DNA of 61,406 nt. Origin: a virus (taxonomy: Duplodnaviria; Caudoviricetes). Within the stretch, counting starts at the first letter, position 1; each line of letters opens with the position of its first letter. Shown piece after piece: positions 20,949 through 30,442 of the stretch. The notes under the pieces were generated by a model. That model saw nothing but the letters and a program-made list of their open reading frames with translations. It was not told the DNA's origin and did no database searches. The DNA is taken from positions 1-61,406 of IMG/VR virus record IMGVR_UViG_3300032323_001121. The stretch is one strand, 5' to 3'. The position numbers and the translations under genes are program-made.

Positions 20949-23198
20949 ATGCCAGCAGGAGACGTATTTGGTCTTGATGGATTTTTTCTAAACGTATCAA
21001 ATCCCATTACGGTTTCTGCTGTAGACATTAATTCTACTGCTACAGGTGCTGGTGTTACTGTTGTGAGTGGAGTTTTAGATTCTACTGCTGGTATTGCAAC
21101 TCTTACTCTTTCAACTGCTGCTGGTCTCACAACAACACCTTTTTATACTGGAGCAAAGATTGCAGTTTCTGGTATTGGTTCTACAACAGGAATAGCATAT
21201 ACTGGATATAATGGAAATTTTGTAGTCACAGGATTTGCAGGAACTACAACAGTTTCTTATGCGACTACTGGTTATGTTGGTAATGTAACTGCTGGTATTA
21301 CCACAACTGGTTTGGTAATGTTAGTGACTGATGGGAATGTCACGAATACCACTTGGAGTACCTCTCAAACTCACGGTTGGTTTGGTGGTGGTTTTTCGTT
21401 TCCAGGACCCATAACTTATTCAACAGTAGACCGTATAGATTTCTCTAATGATACTGGAACTGCAAGTATAAGAGGTCCATTAAGTTCAGCAAGATACAGA
21501 TTAGCAGCAACAGGAAACTCTAACTATGGTTGGTTTGGTGGTGGTATTCCTGGACCAGTATCAAGAGTAGACCGTATAGATTTCTCAAATGATTCTTCTA
21601 CTGCATCAGTCAGAGGTCCATTAAGTTTAGTAAGAAATAGTTTAGCAGCAACAGGAAACTCTAACTATGGTTGGTTTGGTGGTGGTGGTGGTATTCCTGG
21701 AGCATTCTCAACAGTAGACCGTATAGATTTCTCGAATGATTCTGGAACAGCATCAACAAGAGGTCCATTAGTTTTAGAAATATATAGTTTAGCAGCAACA
21801 GGAAACTCTAACTATGGTTGGTTTGGTGGTGGACTTGTATTCATACCAACAGTGAAATTATCAAGAGTAGAACGCATAGATTTCTCAAATGATTTTTCAG
21901 CATCATCAATAAGAGGTCCATTAAGTGCTTCAAAATATGTTTTAGCAGCAACAGGAAACTCTAACTATGGTTGGTTTGGTGGTGGAAGAGCTGTTCCATC
22001 ATCAACCTACTTATCAACAGTAGACCGTATAGATTTCTCTAATGATTCTGCAGCAGCATCAGTTAGAGGTCCATTAAGTTCTGAAAGACAAAGATTATCA
22101 GCAACAGGAAACTCTAACTATGGTTGGTTTGGTGGTGGATATGGATCATCACTACCATATCAAGCAACAGTAGACCGTATAGATTTCTCTAATGATTCTA
22201 CATCAGTATCAGTGAGAGGTCCATTAAGTTCAGCAAGAGGATATCATGCAGCAACATCAGGACAGGCAAGGTCTTCAAGTGTTCGTCTTGCAAAAACTTT
22301 TGGATATGGATGGTTTGCTGGTGGTTTTCCTGGACCATCAGTATCAACAGTAGACCGTATAGATTTCTCTAATGATTCTTCTACTGCATCAGTTAGAGGT
22401 CCATTAAGTCAAGCAAGAAGAGATTTAGCAGCAACAGGAAACTCTAACTATGGTTGGTTTGGTGGTGGTCTTATTCCTGGATCAACAGCAACAGTAAACC
22501 GTATAGATTTCTCTAATGATTCTACATCAGTATCAGTGAGAGGTCCATTAAGTTTAGCAAGATATGCTTTAGCAGCAACAGGAAACTCTAACTATGGTTG
22601 GTTTGGTGGTGGTAGTCCTGGTGTAGTAGCAACAGTAGACCGTATAGATTTCTCTAATGATTCTGCAACAGCATCACCAAGAGGTCCATTAAGTTCGGCA
22701 AGAGATGGTTTAGCAGCAACAGGAAACTCTAACTATGGTTGGTTTGGTGGTGGTATTGATTTAGCACCAACTCCAGACTTATATTATGCAACAGTAAACC
22801 GTATAGATTTCTCTAATGATTCTCCATCAGCATTAGTAAGAGGTCCATTAAGTTTGGCAAGATATTATCTTACTGCAACAGGAAACTCTAACTATGGTTG
22901 GTTTGGTGGTAGCAAAGCTGGTTCCCCACCAACAGCAGTAGCAACAGTAGACCGTATAGATTTCTCAAATGATTCTTCAACAGCATCAGTAAGAGGTCCA
23001 TTAAGTTCGGCAAGATATAATTCTACTGCAACAGGAAACTCTAACTATGGTTGGTTTGGTGGTGGTTTTTTTCCTGGTGTAGTAGCAACAGTAGACCGTA
23101 TAGATTTCTCAAATGATTCTTCCACAGCATCAGTAAGAGGTCCATTAAGTTTAGCAAGAAGTACTTTAGCAGCAACAGGAAACACACCAATAGGATAA
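20949..23198 (+). CDS. Kelch-like tandem beta-propeller protein 3 (12 repeats) with a virion-type N-terminal domain
   Basis: Same repeat; Thr/Gly-rich N-terminus. Confidence 0.8.
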   Translation: MPAGDVFGLDGFFLNVSNPITVSAVDINSTATGAGVTVVSGVLDSTAGIATLTLSTAAGLTTTPFYTGAKIAVSGIGSTTGIAYTGYNGNFVVTGFAGTTTVSYATTGYVGNVTAGITTTGLVMLVTDGNVTNTTWSTSQTHGWFGGGFSFPGPITYSTVDRIDFSNDTGTASIRGPLSSARYRLAATGNSNYGWFGGGIPGPVSRVDRIDFSNDSSTASVRGPLSLVRNSLAATGNSNYGWFGGGGGIPGAFSTVDRIDFSNDSGTASTRGPLVLEIYSLAATGNSNYGWFGGGLVFIPTVKLSRVERIDFSNDFSASSIRGPLSASKYVLAATGNSNYGWFGGGRAVPSSTYLSTVDRIDFSNDSAAASVRGPLSSERQRLSATGNSNYGWFGGGYGSSLPYQATVDRIDFSNDSTSVSVRGPLSSARGYHAATSGQARSSSVRLAKTFGYGWFAGGFPGPSVSTVDRIDFSNDSSTASVRGPLSQARRDLAATGNSNYGWFGGGLIPGSTATVNRIDFSNDSTSVSVRGPLSLARYALAATGNSNYGWFGGGSPGVVATVDRIDFSNDSATASPRGPLSSARDGLAATGNSNYGWFGGGIDLAPTPDLYYATVNRIDFSNDSPSALVRGPLSLARYYLTATGNSNYGWFGGSKAGSPPTAVATVDRIDFSNDSSTASVRGPLSSARYNSTATGNSNYGWFGGGFFPGVVATVDRIDFSNDSSTASVRGPLSLARSTLAATGNTPIG

Positions 23199-23222
23199 AT
23201 ACTTTCAACTACATTATTACTA

Positions 23223-23873
23223 ATGAATTTATTATCAAAAGTTTTGATTGCACCAAAAGTCATCAGTCAAGAAGGTATTGATGCACTGGTAAATCATATG
23301 AAAACTTCCAAGACAGAAGACCTTTCAGTATTTGACCCAGACAAATCCAATCAGACACGAGGAACTGAATGGATTACTGATAAGAGAACAAGAGATACTC
23401 AAATAGCACCAATTGAACCTGTATTTCCACAGGTCAATGAACTGATGCATCATATTGTAAAGCAAGTCATCAATCCTTTTTATCAGTTTGAAGTGGATAG
23501 TAGTGAAGTTCCACAACTTCTTTGTTATGATGTAGGAGGACACTACCAACCTCATATTGACGGTGAAGGTGTATGGACTGCACCAGACCAAACACAACTA
23601 TGGAGAAAGACAGTAGACCGTGATTTGTCTATGGTCTTATATTTGAATGATGGTTTTGAGGGTGGAGATTTTGTATTTCCAGACCTTCATATTCGTGTTC
23701 GTCCTGAACCTGGACTTTTAGTGTGCTTTCCTTCTAATCGTTATTATAGACACGGTGTAGAACCAGTCACCAAAGGAAACAGATATTCTATGGTGACTTG
23801 GATGACTGTGAAAGGATTTGAGAGTATGGAAACACAATCTAATAACCTCAAAGCTAAATATGGAGTATGCTAA
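23223..23873 (+). CDS. Prolyl 4-hydroxylase-like 2OG-Fe(II) oxygenase
   Basis: Y..GGHY.PHID, LSMVLYLND.FEGG.F, HGVEPV..G.RYS.VTW. Confidence 0.85.
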   Translation: MNLLSKVLIAPKVISQEGIDALVNHMKTSKTEDLSVFDPDKSNQTRGTEWITDKRTRDTQIAPIEPVFPQVNELMHHIVKQVINPFYQFEVDSSEVPQLLCYDVGGHYQPHIDGEGVWTAPDQTQLWRKTVDRDLSMVLYLNDGFEGGDFVFPDLHIRVRPEPGLLVCFPSNRYYRHGVEPVTKGNRYSMVTWMTVKGFESMETQSNNLKAKYGVC

Positions 23874-23879
23874 GAACCG

Positions 23880-24395
23880 ATGATTACTTATACTTGGAGT
23901 ATTTCTAAACTAGATTGTGCCCCAGCAGAAAATGGACTCACTAATATTGTAAAAGTTATTCACTGGGGACTTACAGGAGTAGATGAGAGTGGTGTATCCG
24001 CATCTATAAATAATTCTTATCCTCTCCCCTCACCAAGTCCAGAAGCATTTGCCGATTATTCAACTCTCACACAAGAAACTGTGATTAGTTGGTTAGAAAG
24101 CAACCTTGATGTTGGGTATATAAAATCAAGACTTTCTAATGAGATTGCGTCTCAATATAATCCTCCAATCACTTCATTACCTCTTCCTTGGATAAGAGTA
24201 GAAGAACCTGTTGTGGTTGAAGAAGAAACTACAACTACTGAAGAAACTACAACTACTGAAGAAACTACAACTACTGAACAGACACTAGAAGAAAAGATTG
24301 CTGATGGTTATAATCCTGACGCAAGAGATGGCGATGAAGACGGTATAGTTCAAGAAGGTACTAAATGGGAAAGACCAGTAGGAACTGAGCTATAA
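23880..24395 (+). CDS. Hypothetical tail-associated protein with EETTTT x3 repeat
   Basis: ORF; tandem gaagaaactacaactact at ~24222-24275. Confidence 0.6.
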   Translation: MITYTWSISKLDCAPAENGLTNIVKVIHWGLTGVDESGVSASINNSYPLPSPSPEAFADYSTLTQETVISWLESNLDVGYIKSRLSNEIASQYNPPITSLPLPWIRVEEPVVVEEETTTTEETTTTEETTTTEQTLEEKIADGYNPDARDGDEDGIVQEGTKWERPVGTEL

Positions 24396-24451
24396 TTTAT
24401 CTTCAAACCCAACAGAGTGATTTTAGACAGGTTTTGATATCTTGTCAACAC

Positions 24452-24480
24452 TTGACACCTAAAAGTCTTTGATGTATGAT
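24452..24480 (+). promoter_or_regulatory. Sigma70-type promoter
   Basis: TTGACA-17 nt-TATGAT. Confidence 0.6.
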
Positions 24481-24619
24481 GTATAAGTCTTCGCAACTTT
24501 GTATCTTTGAGTTGTAAGACCCGTCCTTGTGGTGGTGGACGGTTTCTATGGTGGTACAAGGGGGGGCAACTGCCCCCTTTTTTTCTGCTATGATTACGGA
24601 GTAGTCAAAAGCACCCCCG

Positions 24620-26782
24620 ATGCCCGTTAATTTAGAAGTTAAAGGAATGCTGGCTAAATGCCTTGCGATGGAAAATATTATCATTGAGCATAAAAAAGTT
24701 CCAACTGCTATGTTTGATGTAGACCGTAGAATTCTCACTTTACCGACTTGGGATAAAGCTAGTAATACTGTATATGACCTTTTGGTCGCCCATGAAGTAG
24801 GCCATAGTTTATTCACAAATAATGTGGATTGGACTATTGATTACCCAGAAGTCCCCAAAGATTTTATGAATGTTTTGGAGGATGTGCGAGTAGAGAAACT
24901 AATGAAGAAAAAGTATGCTGGTCTTTCCAGGACTTTCTTCAATGGTTATAACGAACTCAATAGTGATGATTTCTTCTCCACAAAAGAAGAAAATCTTGAT
25001 GAACTATCTTTTATTGACCGTATCAATCTTTATTACAAGATTGGAGCATTTCATAATATTGCTTTCAACGATGATGAAGAGCAGTTCCTAACTCGTGCTG
25101 GTCAAACCGAAACGTTTGATGATGTGCTAAAACTTGCTCGTGAGATTGTAGAGTTTGTGAAATACAAACGTCAAAAGGTAAATAACCTTCCTGAAAATGA
25201 TATGGAGCAATCTTCTAGTCCTGGTGGTGAGGAAGTAGAAACTCCCAAACCTAATCAAGGTTCTGGTAGTGATACTCAAAACGACCAAGAAGGTCAAGAT
25301 GAAGGTGAAGGTGAAGGTGGGGGTCAAGATGAAGGTGAAGGAGGTGAACTTTCTAAATCTATGGAAGCACCAGAAGGTGGTGGAAATGGTGTTGACCCAA
25401 GCAATAAGCACGGGGAAATGAATGAATTGGAGTCCAAAACTTCAAAGTCTTTTGATGAAAAATCCAAAGACCTTGTAGATAGGTATTCCCAGGAAACCAA
25501 CTATGTGGAACTTCCTGAAATGATTCTTGAGAATATGATTATTCCTAATGAGTTCATTCACAGTAAAGCAAAGGAAGAGTATTCTAGGAATGATGTGAAT
25601 AAGGATTACTTTGCTCTTGCTTGTAAAGAGTATGCTACTTACAAGAAATCAGCAGAGAAAGAAGTATCTTATCTGGTAAAAGAGTTTGAGTGTAAGAAGT
25701 CTGCCGACCAATATGCTCGTGCCTCTACTGCCCGTACAGGGGTTCTAGACACGCAGAAACTTCATACCTATAAGTTCAACGAGGACTTGTTTAAGAAGGT
25801 CTCTGTGGTCCCTGACGGTAAGAATCACGGTCTAATCTTTATTCTAGATTGGTCTGGTTCTATGAATAACTTTATTCTGGATGCTTATAAGCAACTGTTG
25901 AATTTGGTTTGGTTCTGCCGTAAGGTGAATATTCCTTTTGAGGTTTATGCTTTTACTTTGGAATGTAATTCTTATATGGAAGTACAACCAAATCACCCTC
26001 TTACTTATAAGAAAGTAGCAGGTGTTATCGCACCAGAAGCATCATTCCGTTTGATGAACTTTTTCACCAGCAAAACGAATAATCGTGTTCTAGAAGAGCA
26101 ACTCAAGAATATCTGGACTGCTTGTTATGCTTATCAATGTCATAGGGGTGTTGTTCCTCGTCATCTTGAACTCTCTGGTTCTCCTATTGGTGAAAGCATT
26201 ATGGCTCTTCATTCTTTGATTCCTGATTTTCAGGCAAAGAATAAACTTCAAAAGGTTAATGTAGTCTTCTTGACTGATGGTGAAGGATACCAAAATCCTG
26301 TAACCAAAGAGAAGAAAGGTCACTATGATGATACTTATATTGGTATGACGAGATACAACAAAACTTCTATTCGTGATCGCAAAAGTGGTCGTGTCTATCG
26401 TAGTTTTGATTACAATAGTTTCTCCCAATATGCTAAAATCCTTCTGGAAACGGTCAAAGATAGGTTCTCTACTGTAAATCTTATCAACTTCCGTATCACT
26501 CCTGGTCGTGATTTCCAAAACTGCTACCGTTGGTATGGTAGTGGGTATGATAATTATGAGAGTGCGAAAGTAGAATACAGGAAGAACCACTGTATTAGTT
26601 TCAGCAATACTGGTTTTGACCAATTCCATGTGATTGCTGCTAGTTCTCTCGCACAAGATGAGGACTTCAAAGTAGAAGAAGGTGCTTCCAAAGCACAAAT
26701 CAAAACTGCTTTTGTGAAGATGTTAGGTAAGAAAAAGACCAACAAAAAACTTCTGGGTTCTTTTGTTGACCTGATTTCTTGA
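24620..26782 (+). CDS. cobT: CobT-like protein: metallopeptidase-like N-terminus plus VWA domain
   Basis: HEVGH (HExxH), acidic linker, ILDWSGSM (MIDAS), FLTDGE; adjacent to cobS as in cyanomyophages. Confidence 0.75.
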   Translation: MPVNLEVKGMLAKCLAMENIIIEHKKVPTAMFDVDRRILTLPTWDKASNTVYDLLVAHEVGHSLFTNNVDWTIDYPEVPKDFMNVLEDVRVEKLMKKKYAGLSRTFFNGYNELNSDDFFSTKEENLDELSFIDRINLYYKIGAFHNIAFNDDEEQFLTRAGQTETFDDVLKLAREIVEFVKYKRQKVNNLPENDMEQSSSPGGEEVETPKPNQGSGSDTQNDQEGQDEGEGEGGGQDEGEGGELSKSMEAPEGGGNGVDPSNKHGEMNELESKTSKSFDEKSKDLVDRYSQETNYVELPEMILENMIIPNEFIHSKAKEEYSRNDVNKDYFALACKEYATYKKSAEKEVSYLVKEFECKKSADQYARASTARTGVLDTQKLHTYKFNEDLFKKVSVVPDGKNHGLIFILDWSGSMNNFILDAYKQLLNLVWFCRKVNIPFEVYAFTLECNSYMEVQPNHPLTYKKVAGVIAPEASFRLMNFFTSKTNNRVLEEQLKNIWTACYAYQCHRGVVPRHLELSGSPIGESIMALHSLIPDFQAKNKLQKVNVVFLTDGEGYQNPVTKEKKGHYDDTYIGMTRYNKTSIRDRKSGRVYRSFDYNSFSQYAKILLETVKDRFSTVNLINFRITPGRDFQNCYRWYGSGYDNYESAKVEYRKNHCISFSNTGFDQFHVIAASSLAQDEDFKVEEGASKAQIKTAFVKMLGKKKTNKKLLGSFVDLIS

Positions 26783-26836
26783 TTTGAAAAAACAGACGTT
26801 ATCATATAAATAGTGATAACGTCTGTATTACTAAAA

Positions 26837-27376
26837 ATGGCAAATGAAATTAGAAATGAGAAAGAAAGAGAAAGATATAAAAGTAAAATAAAAGATGAAG
26901 CATTTAAAGAAAATAAAAGAAAAAGAGATTTAGCATACTATCACAAGACAAAAGAAGTAAGAGTTGCTAAACAAATTGAAAGAAGAAAAGAACTTTTATT
27001 TGAAGCAAAAGAAAAATTGGGTGGAAAATGTATATGGTGTGAAACAACTGAAAATCTTCAATTTGACCATATTGATGATTCAATAAAAGAATATAACGTA
27101 GCAAATGCTGTAAGAAATACTAGAAAAGTTTTTTGGGATGAAGTTGAAAAATGCCAACTACTTTGCTACAAATGTCATAATAAAAAATCAGCAGCACAAA
27201 GAAAAGCAAAACAAGACCTTTGGTTATCTCTTCCGTTTGATGAAAGAGAAAAACTACTGAACCAAGTGCTTGGGACACCTGATGGACCGTCCATTGGGGG
27301 CAGACAGGAGACCCCAAATGCCCTATACTGTAAGGGTAGTCAAGACAGACCAACTTATTATGGAAAACGCAATTGA
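26837..27376 (+). CDS. Free-standing HNH endonuclease between cobT and cobS
   Basis: CIWC...LQFDHID...CQLLCYKCH; late promoter in a hairpin upstream. Confidence 0.8.
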   Translation: MANEIRNEKERERYKSKIKDEAFKENKRKRDLAYYHKTKEVRVAKQIERRKELLFEAKEKLGGKCIWCETTENLQFDHIDDSIKEYNVANAVRNTRKVFWDEVEKCQLLCYKCHNKKSAAQRKAKQDLWLSLPFDEREKLLNQVLGTPDGPSIGGRQETPNALYCKGSQDRPTYYGKRN

Positions 27377-28460
27377 ACTGCTGAAATTAAAATTTGGCAC
27401 AGAATTTGGAGCAGACGCAGTTCGTGCTGTTGCTGATGAGTTGAACACAACTTATGCCACTCTTTCTAAAAAACTTTCTCAATATAAAACTTCTAGGGGT
27501 AAATGGAATTTGGAAATCACCAAAGAAAAAATTGATGAACTTGAAGAAACTTATGCCTCACCTGCCGTGAATCCTATTTCTATTGTTGAAAGTGTAAAAC
27601 AAAACCTTATTCCCGAAAAGGACAATACTTTTGTTTCTTTTGGTAACTTTACTGATGTTAAAAAAATTATCCAATCTGGTATTTTTTACCCTACCTTTAT
27701 CACTGGGTTGTCTGGTAATGGTAAAACTTTTTCTGTGGAGCAAGCTTGTTCTCAACTGAAAAGGGAATATATCCGTGTCAACATTACTCTAGAATCTGAT
27801 TCTGATGATTTGCTCGGTGGTTTCCGGCTTGTCAACGGAGAAACTGTATGGCATAATGGTCCTGTGGTTGAAGCAATGGAACGTGGGGCAATCCTTCTTC
27901 TTGATGAGATTGACCTTGCTTCTAATAAGATTATGTGTCTTCAATCTGTTCTGGAAGGTAAAGGTGTCTTCCTGAAAAAGATTGGTGTACACGTTGCTCC
28001 CAAGGCAGGTTTCAACGTCTTTGCGACTGCGAATACCAAAGGTAAGGGTAGTGATGATGGTCGTTTCATCGGCACTAACGTGTTGAATGAAGCATTCCTG
28101 GAACGTTTCCCAATTACCTTTGAGCAACAGTATCCTACGATTTCTATTGAGACCAAAATCTTGACGAATGTTGCTCAATCACTTAAAATTCCTATGATTG
28201 GTGAGCACACCGATTTCATCAAGCACCTGTGTAATTGGTCTGACATTATCCGTAAGACCTTTGCTGATGGTGGTATTGATGAAGTGATTTCTACTCGTCG
28301 TCTGGTTCATATTATCAAAGCATATTCTATCTTTGGTAAGAAAGACAAAGCACTCAAAGTTTGTCTGAATCGTTTTGATGACGAGACGAAAGCAACATTT
28401 GTAGAACTCTACGACAAAATTGACGCAGAGTTTCAACAAAACAACACAGAAGAGGGGTAA
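27360..28460 (+). CDS. cobS: CobS-like MoxR AAA+ ATPase
   Basis: Walker A GLSGNGKT, Walker B LLLDEID, ATANTKGKG, NEAFLERF. Confidence 0.9.
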   Translation: MENAIELLKLKFGTEFGADAVRAVADELNTTYATLSKKLSQYKTSRGKWNLEITKEKIDELEETYASPAVNPISIVESVKQNLIPEKDNTFVSFGNFTDVKKIIQSGIFYPTFITGLSGNGKTFSVEQACSQLKREYIRVNITLESDSDDLLGGFRLVNGETVWHNGPVVEAMERGAILLLDEIDLASNKIMCLQSVLEGKGVFLKKIGVHVAPKAGFNVFATANTKGKGSDDGRFIGTNVLNEAFLERFPITFEQQYPTISIETKILTNVAQSLKIPMIGEHTDFIKHLCNWSDIIRKTFADGGIDEVISTRRLVHIIKAYSIFGKKDKALKVCLNRFDDETKATFVELYDKIDAEFQQNNTEEG

Positions 28461-28828
28461 TTCCCTTTTCGGTGATATATAGAACAACCTTTGCCACTTT
28501 TTCTTCCTATGACACAACTTTTTCTAGATAAAGACGCAGATACAATCTACGATGAACTTCACGAAGGCTATTTTGAAGATAATCAAGAGGAGGAGTATAG
28601 AGAGGATAGAATGGACCAAATGATTTCAAGGTATGGGTACTGATATGACAGACACAAACATTGCTAATCAGGAAACAAGACAGTTTATTAACAAAAGAGA
28701 AGATTTTGAGCAGTTTGCCAAATATCTTGGTTTAGATTACGATGACTACATTGCTTTTTACGAAGAAAAAGTCATTGACTTTGACGATTACTCAAAGTAA
28801 AATGTAAGAGGGAACTTTCCCTCTTTAT

Positions 28829-28901
28829 GGGCATATAGTGAAGTGGACTATCACACGGCTCTTCTAAAGCCTTATCCCTGGTTCAAATCCAGGTATGCCT
28901 G
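28829..28901 (+). tRNA. tRNA-Arg(TCT)
   Basis: Cloverleaf, loop CTTCTAA, T-loop TTCAAAT. Confidence 0.85.
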
Positions 28902-29079
28902 CTTGTTTACATTATAATGCTTATGAATACTGACGGATATATTAGTAGTGATAGAATGTGGGCAGCAGTGCCCTGGTATAGTAAAAGGTATGTTTCCATT
29001 TATAATGGTGAACAGATTTGTACTCATAACAGTCTTGAAACAGCAAAAAAATTTATTCAAAAGGAAACTCGTAGAAAAA

Positions 29080-29343
29080 ATGATTAGTGTAATTGAAACC
29101 TTTCAACAAGATGGAAATGACATCTATGTTCGTGGTATTGTGGAAGATGTGATTGAAATTTATCCAGCAACACTACAAGACCCACCAGAATATGGTCCTG
29201 CTCTTTGTGAAGCAAGTTTTGTGTTGGATGAAGATGAAATTGTCCCCAAAGGTGAAGATGCTTTACTTGATTATCTCAATGAACTTTATCTTGATTGGAG
29301 GATTATAGATACAAGTGATTATAATCACGGATTTACTGAATGA
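29080..29343 (+). CDS. Conserved cyanophage-type hypothetical protein
   Basis: ATG at 29080; PATLQDPPEYGPALC motif. Confidence 0.55.
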   Translation: MISVIETFQQDGNDIYVRGIVEDVIEIYPATLQDPPEYGPALCEASFVLDEDEIVPKGEDALLDYLNELYLDWRIIDTSDYNHGFTE

Positions 29344-29579
29344 CTTCCTACTATTTTTGGTTTGGAATTTTTATGTTTGTTGGATACTTAATCGTAACTG
29401 ATAATAGTGCTGCTTATGCTTTCGCATTAGTATTGAAACTCATAAAATTTCAATACGAAAAACAAAAGTGGTGGTTGTTGAATAATCCACGCAACATTAT
29501 AGTTCGTTGGATGATTGATAGAAACTCTATGAAAATGGCAAAAGAACTTATGAAAGAGTTTGAGGAGAAGAATAAATAA
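29340..29579 (+). CDS. Small membrane protein
   Basis: Hydrophobic N-terminus; overlaps the upstream stop codon. Confidence 0.6.
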   Translation: MTSYYFWFGIFMFVGYLIVTDNSAAYAFALVLKLIKFQYEKQKWWLLNNPRNIIVRWMIDRNSMKMAKELMKEFEEKNK

Positions 29580-29665
29580 TAGTGCTTGTCTGTGGTTATT
29601 CAAGCAGAAGAGGGGCAGAAATGTCCCTTTTCTTGTATAAATAATACTAACCACAGTCAAAGCAG

Positions 29666-30412
29666 ATGGAATACTACACTTACGCATATTTGCGTGAAGA
29701 TAAGACACCTTATTATATTGGTAAGGGTAAATGTAATAGGGCATATAGAAGACGCAAGACAGATATTAAACCACCAAAAGACAAATCAAGAATACTTATT
29801 TTAAAACAAAACTTAACCGAAGAAGAAGCATTCAATCACGAAATCTATATGATTGCTGTCTTTGGTAGAAAAGATTTAGGAACAGGTATTCTTCATAATA
29901 AAACTGATGGTGGTGAAGGTGCAAGTGGTAAAATTTTAAGTGAAGAAACTAAAAAAAAATTAAGCATTGTAAATAAAGGTAAAAATCATTCAGAAGAAAC
30001 TAAAAGAAAAATTGGAGAAGCATCAAAAAATAGAAGTGAAGAAACAAGAATAAAATTGAGTGTAGCACTAAAAGGTAAAAATCTTGGAAAAATTCGTTCG
30101 GTTGAGACACGAAAAAAAATTAGTGAGGCTCTTAAAAAAAGAATAATAACTGATAAGATGCGAAAAAAAAGAAGTGAATATTTTAAAGGAGATAAAAATC
30201 CATCAAAAAATCCTGAAATTATTGAAAAAAGAAAGCAAGCAATGACTGGAAAATCACTTCCACCAGAACATTGCAAAAATATAGGTAAATCCAAAAAAGG
30301 TGTTAAGTGGTGGAATAATGGAAAAGAAACTAAATTTTGTATGGAATGTCCTGGAGAAGGGTGGAATATTGGAAGAATAATTACTTGGCAAATGAAGAAA
30401 AAAGTGATATAA
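29666..30412 (+). CDS. GIY-YIG-like homing endonuclease with NUMOD3 repeats
   Basis: YTYAY...PYYIGKG, N.TDGGEG, (H)SEETK.K repeats. Confidence 0.8.
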   Translation: MEYYTYAYLREDKTPYYIGKGKCNRAYRRRKTDIKPPKDKSRILILKQNLTEEEAFNHEIYMIAVFGRKDLGTGILHNKTDGGEGASGKILSEETKKKLSIVNKGKNHSEETKRKIGEASKNRSEETRIKLSVALKGKNLGKIRSVETRKKISEALKKRIITDKMRKKRSEYFKGDKNPSKNPEIIEKRKQAMTGKSLPPEHCKNIGKSKKGVKWWNNGKETKFCMECPGEGWNIGRIITWQMKKKVI

Positions 30413-30442
30413 TTAGTAGTGTCCAATCAATAAGGACTTAAA

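Noticed and set aside
13890-23198. CRISPR array or DGR explanation for the constant/variable repeats
   Set aside because: The repeats are in-frame coding units of ~150 nt. No cas or reverse transcriptase gene is in the window, and variation includes indels and is not adenine-specific.
24620-28460. Cobalamin biosynthesis as an auxiliary metabolic function
   Set aside because: cobS/cobT-like MoxR-VWA pairs are routine in T4-like cyanophages, and no cobN or other cob genes are present.
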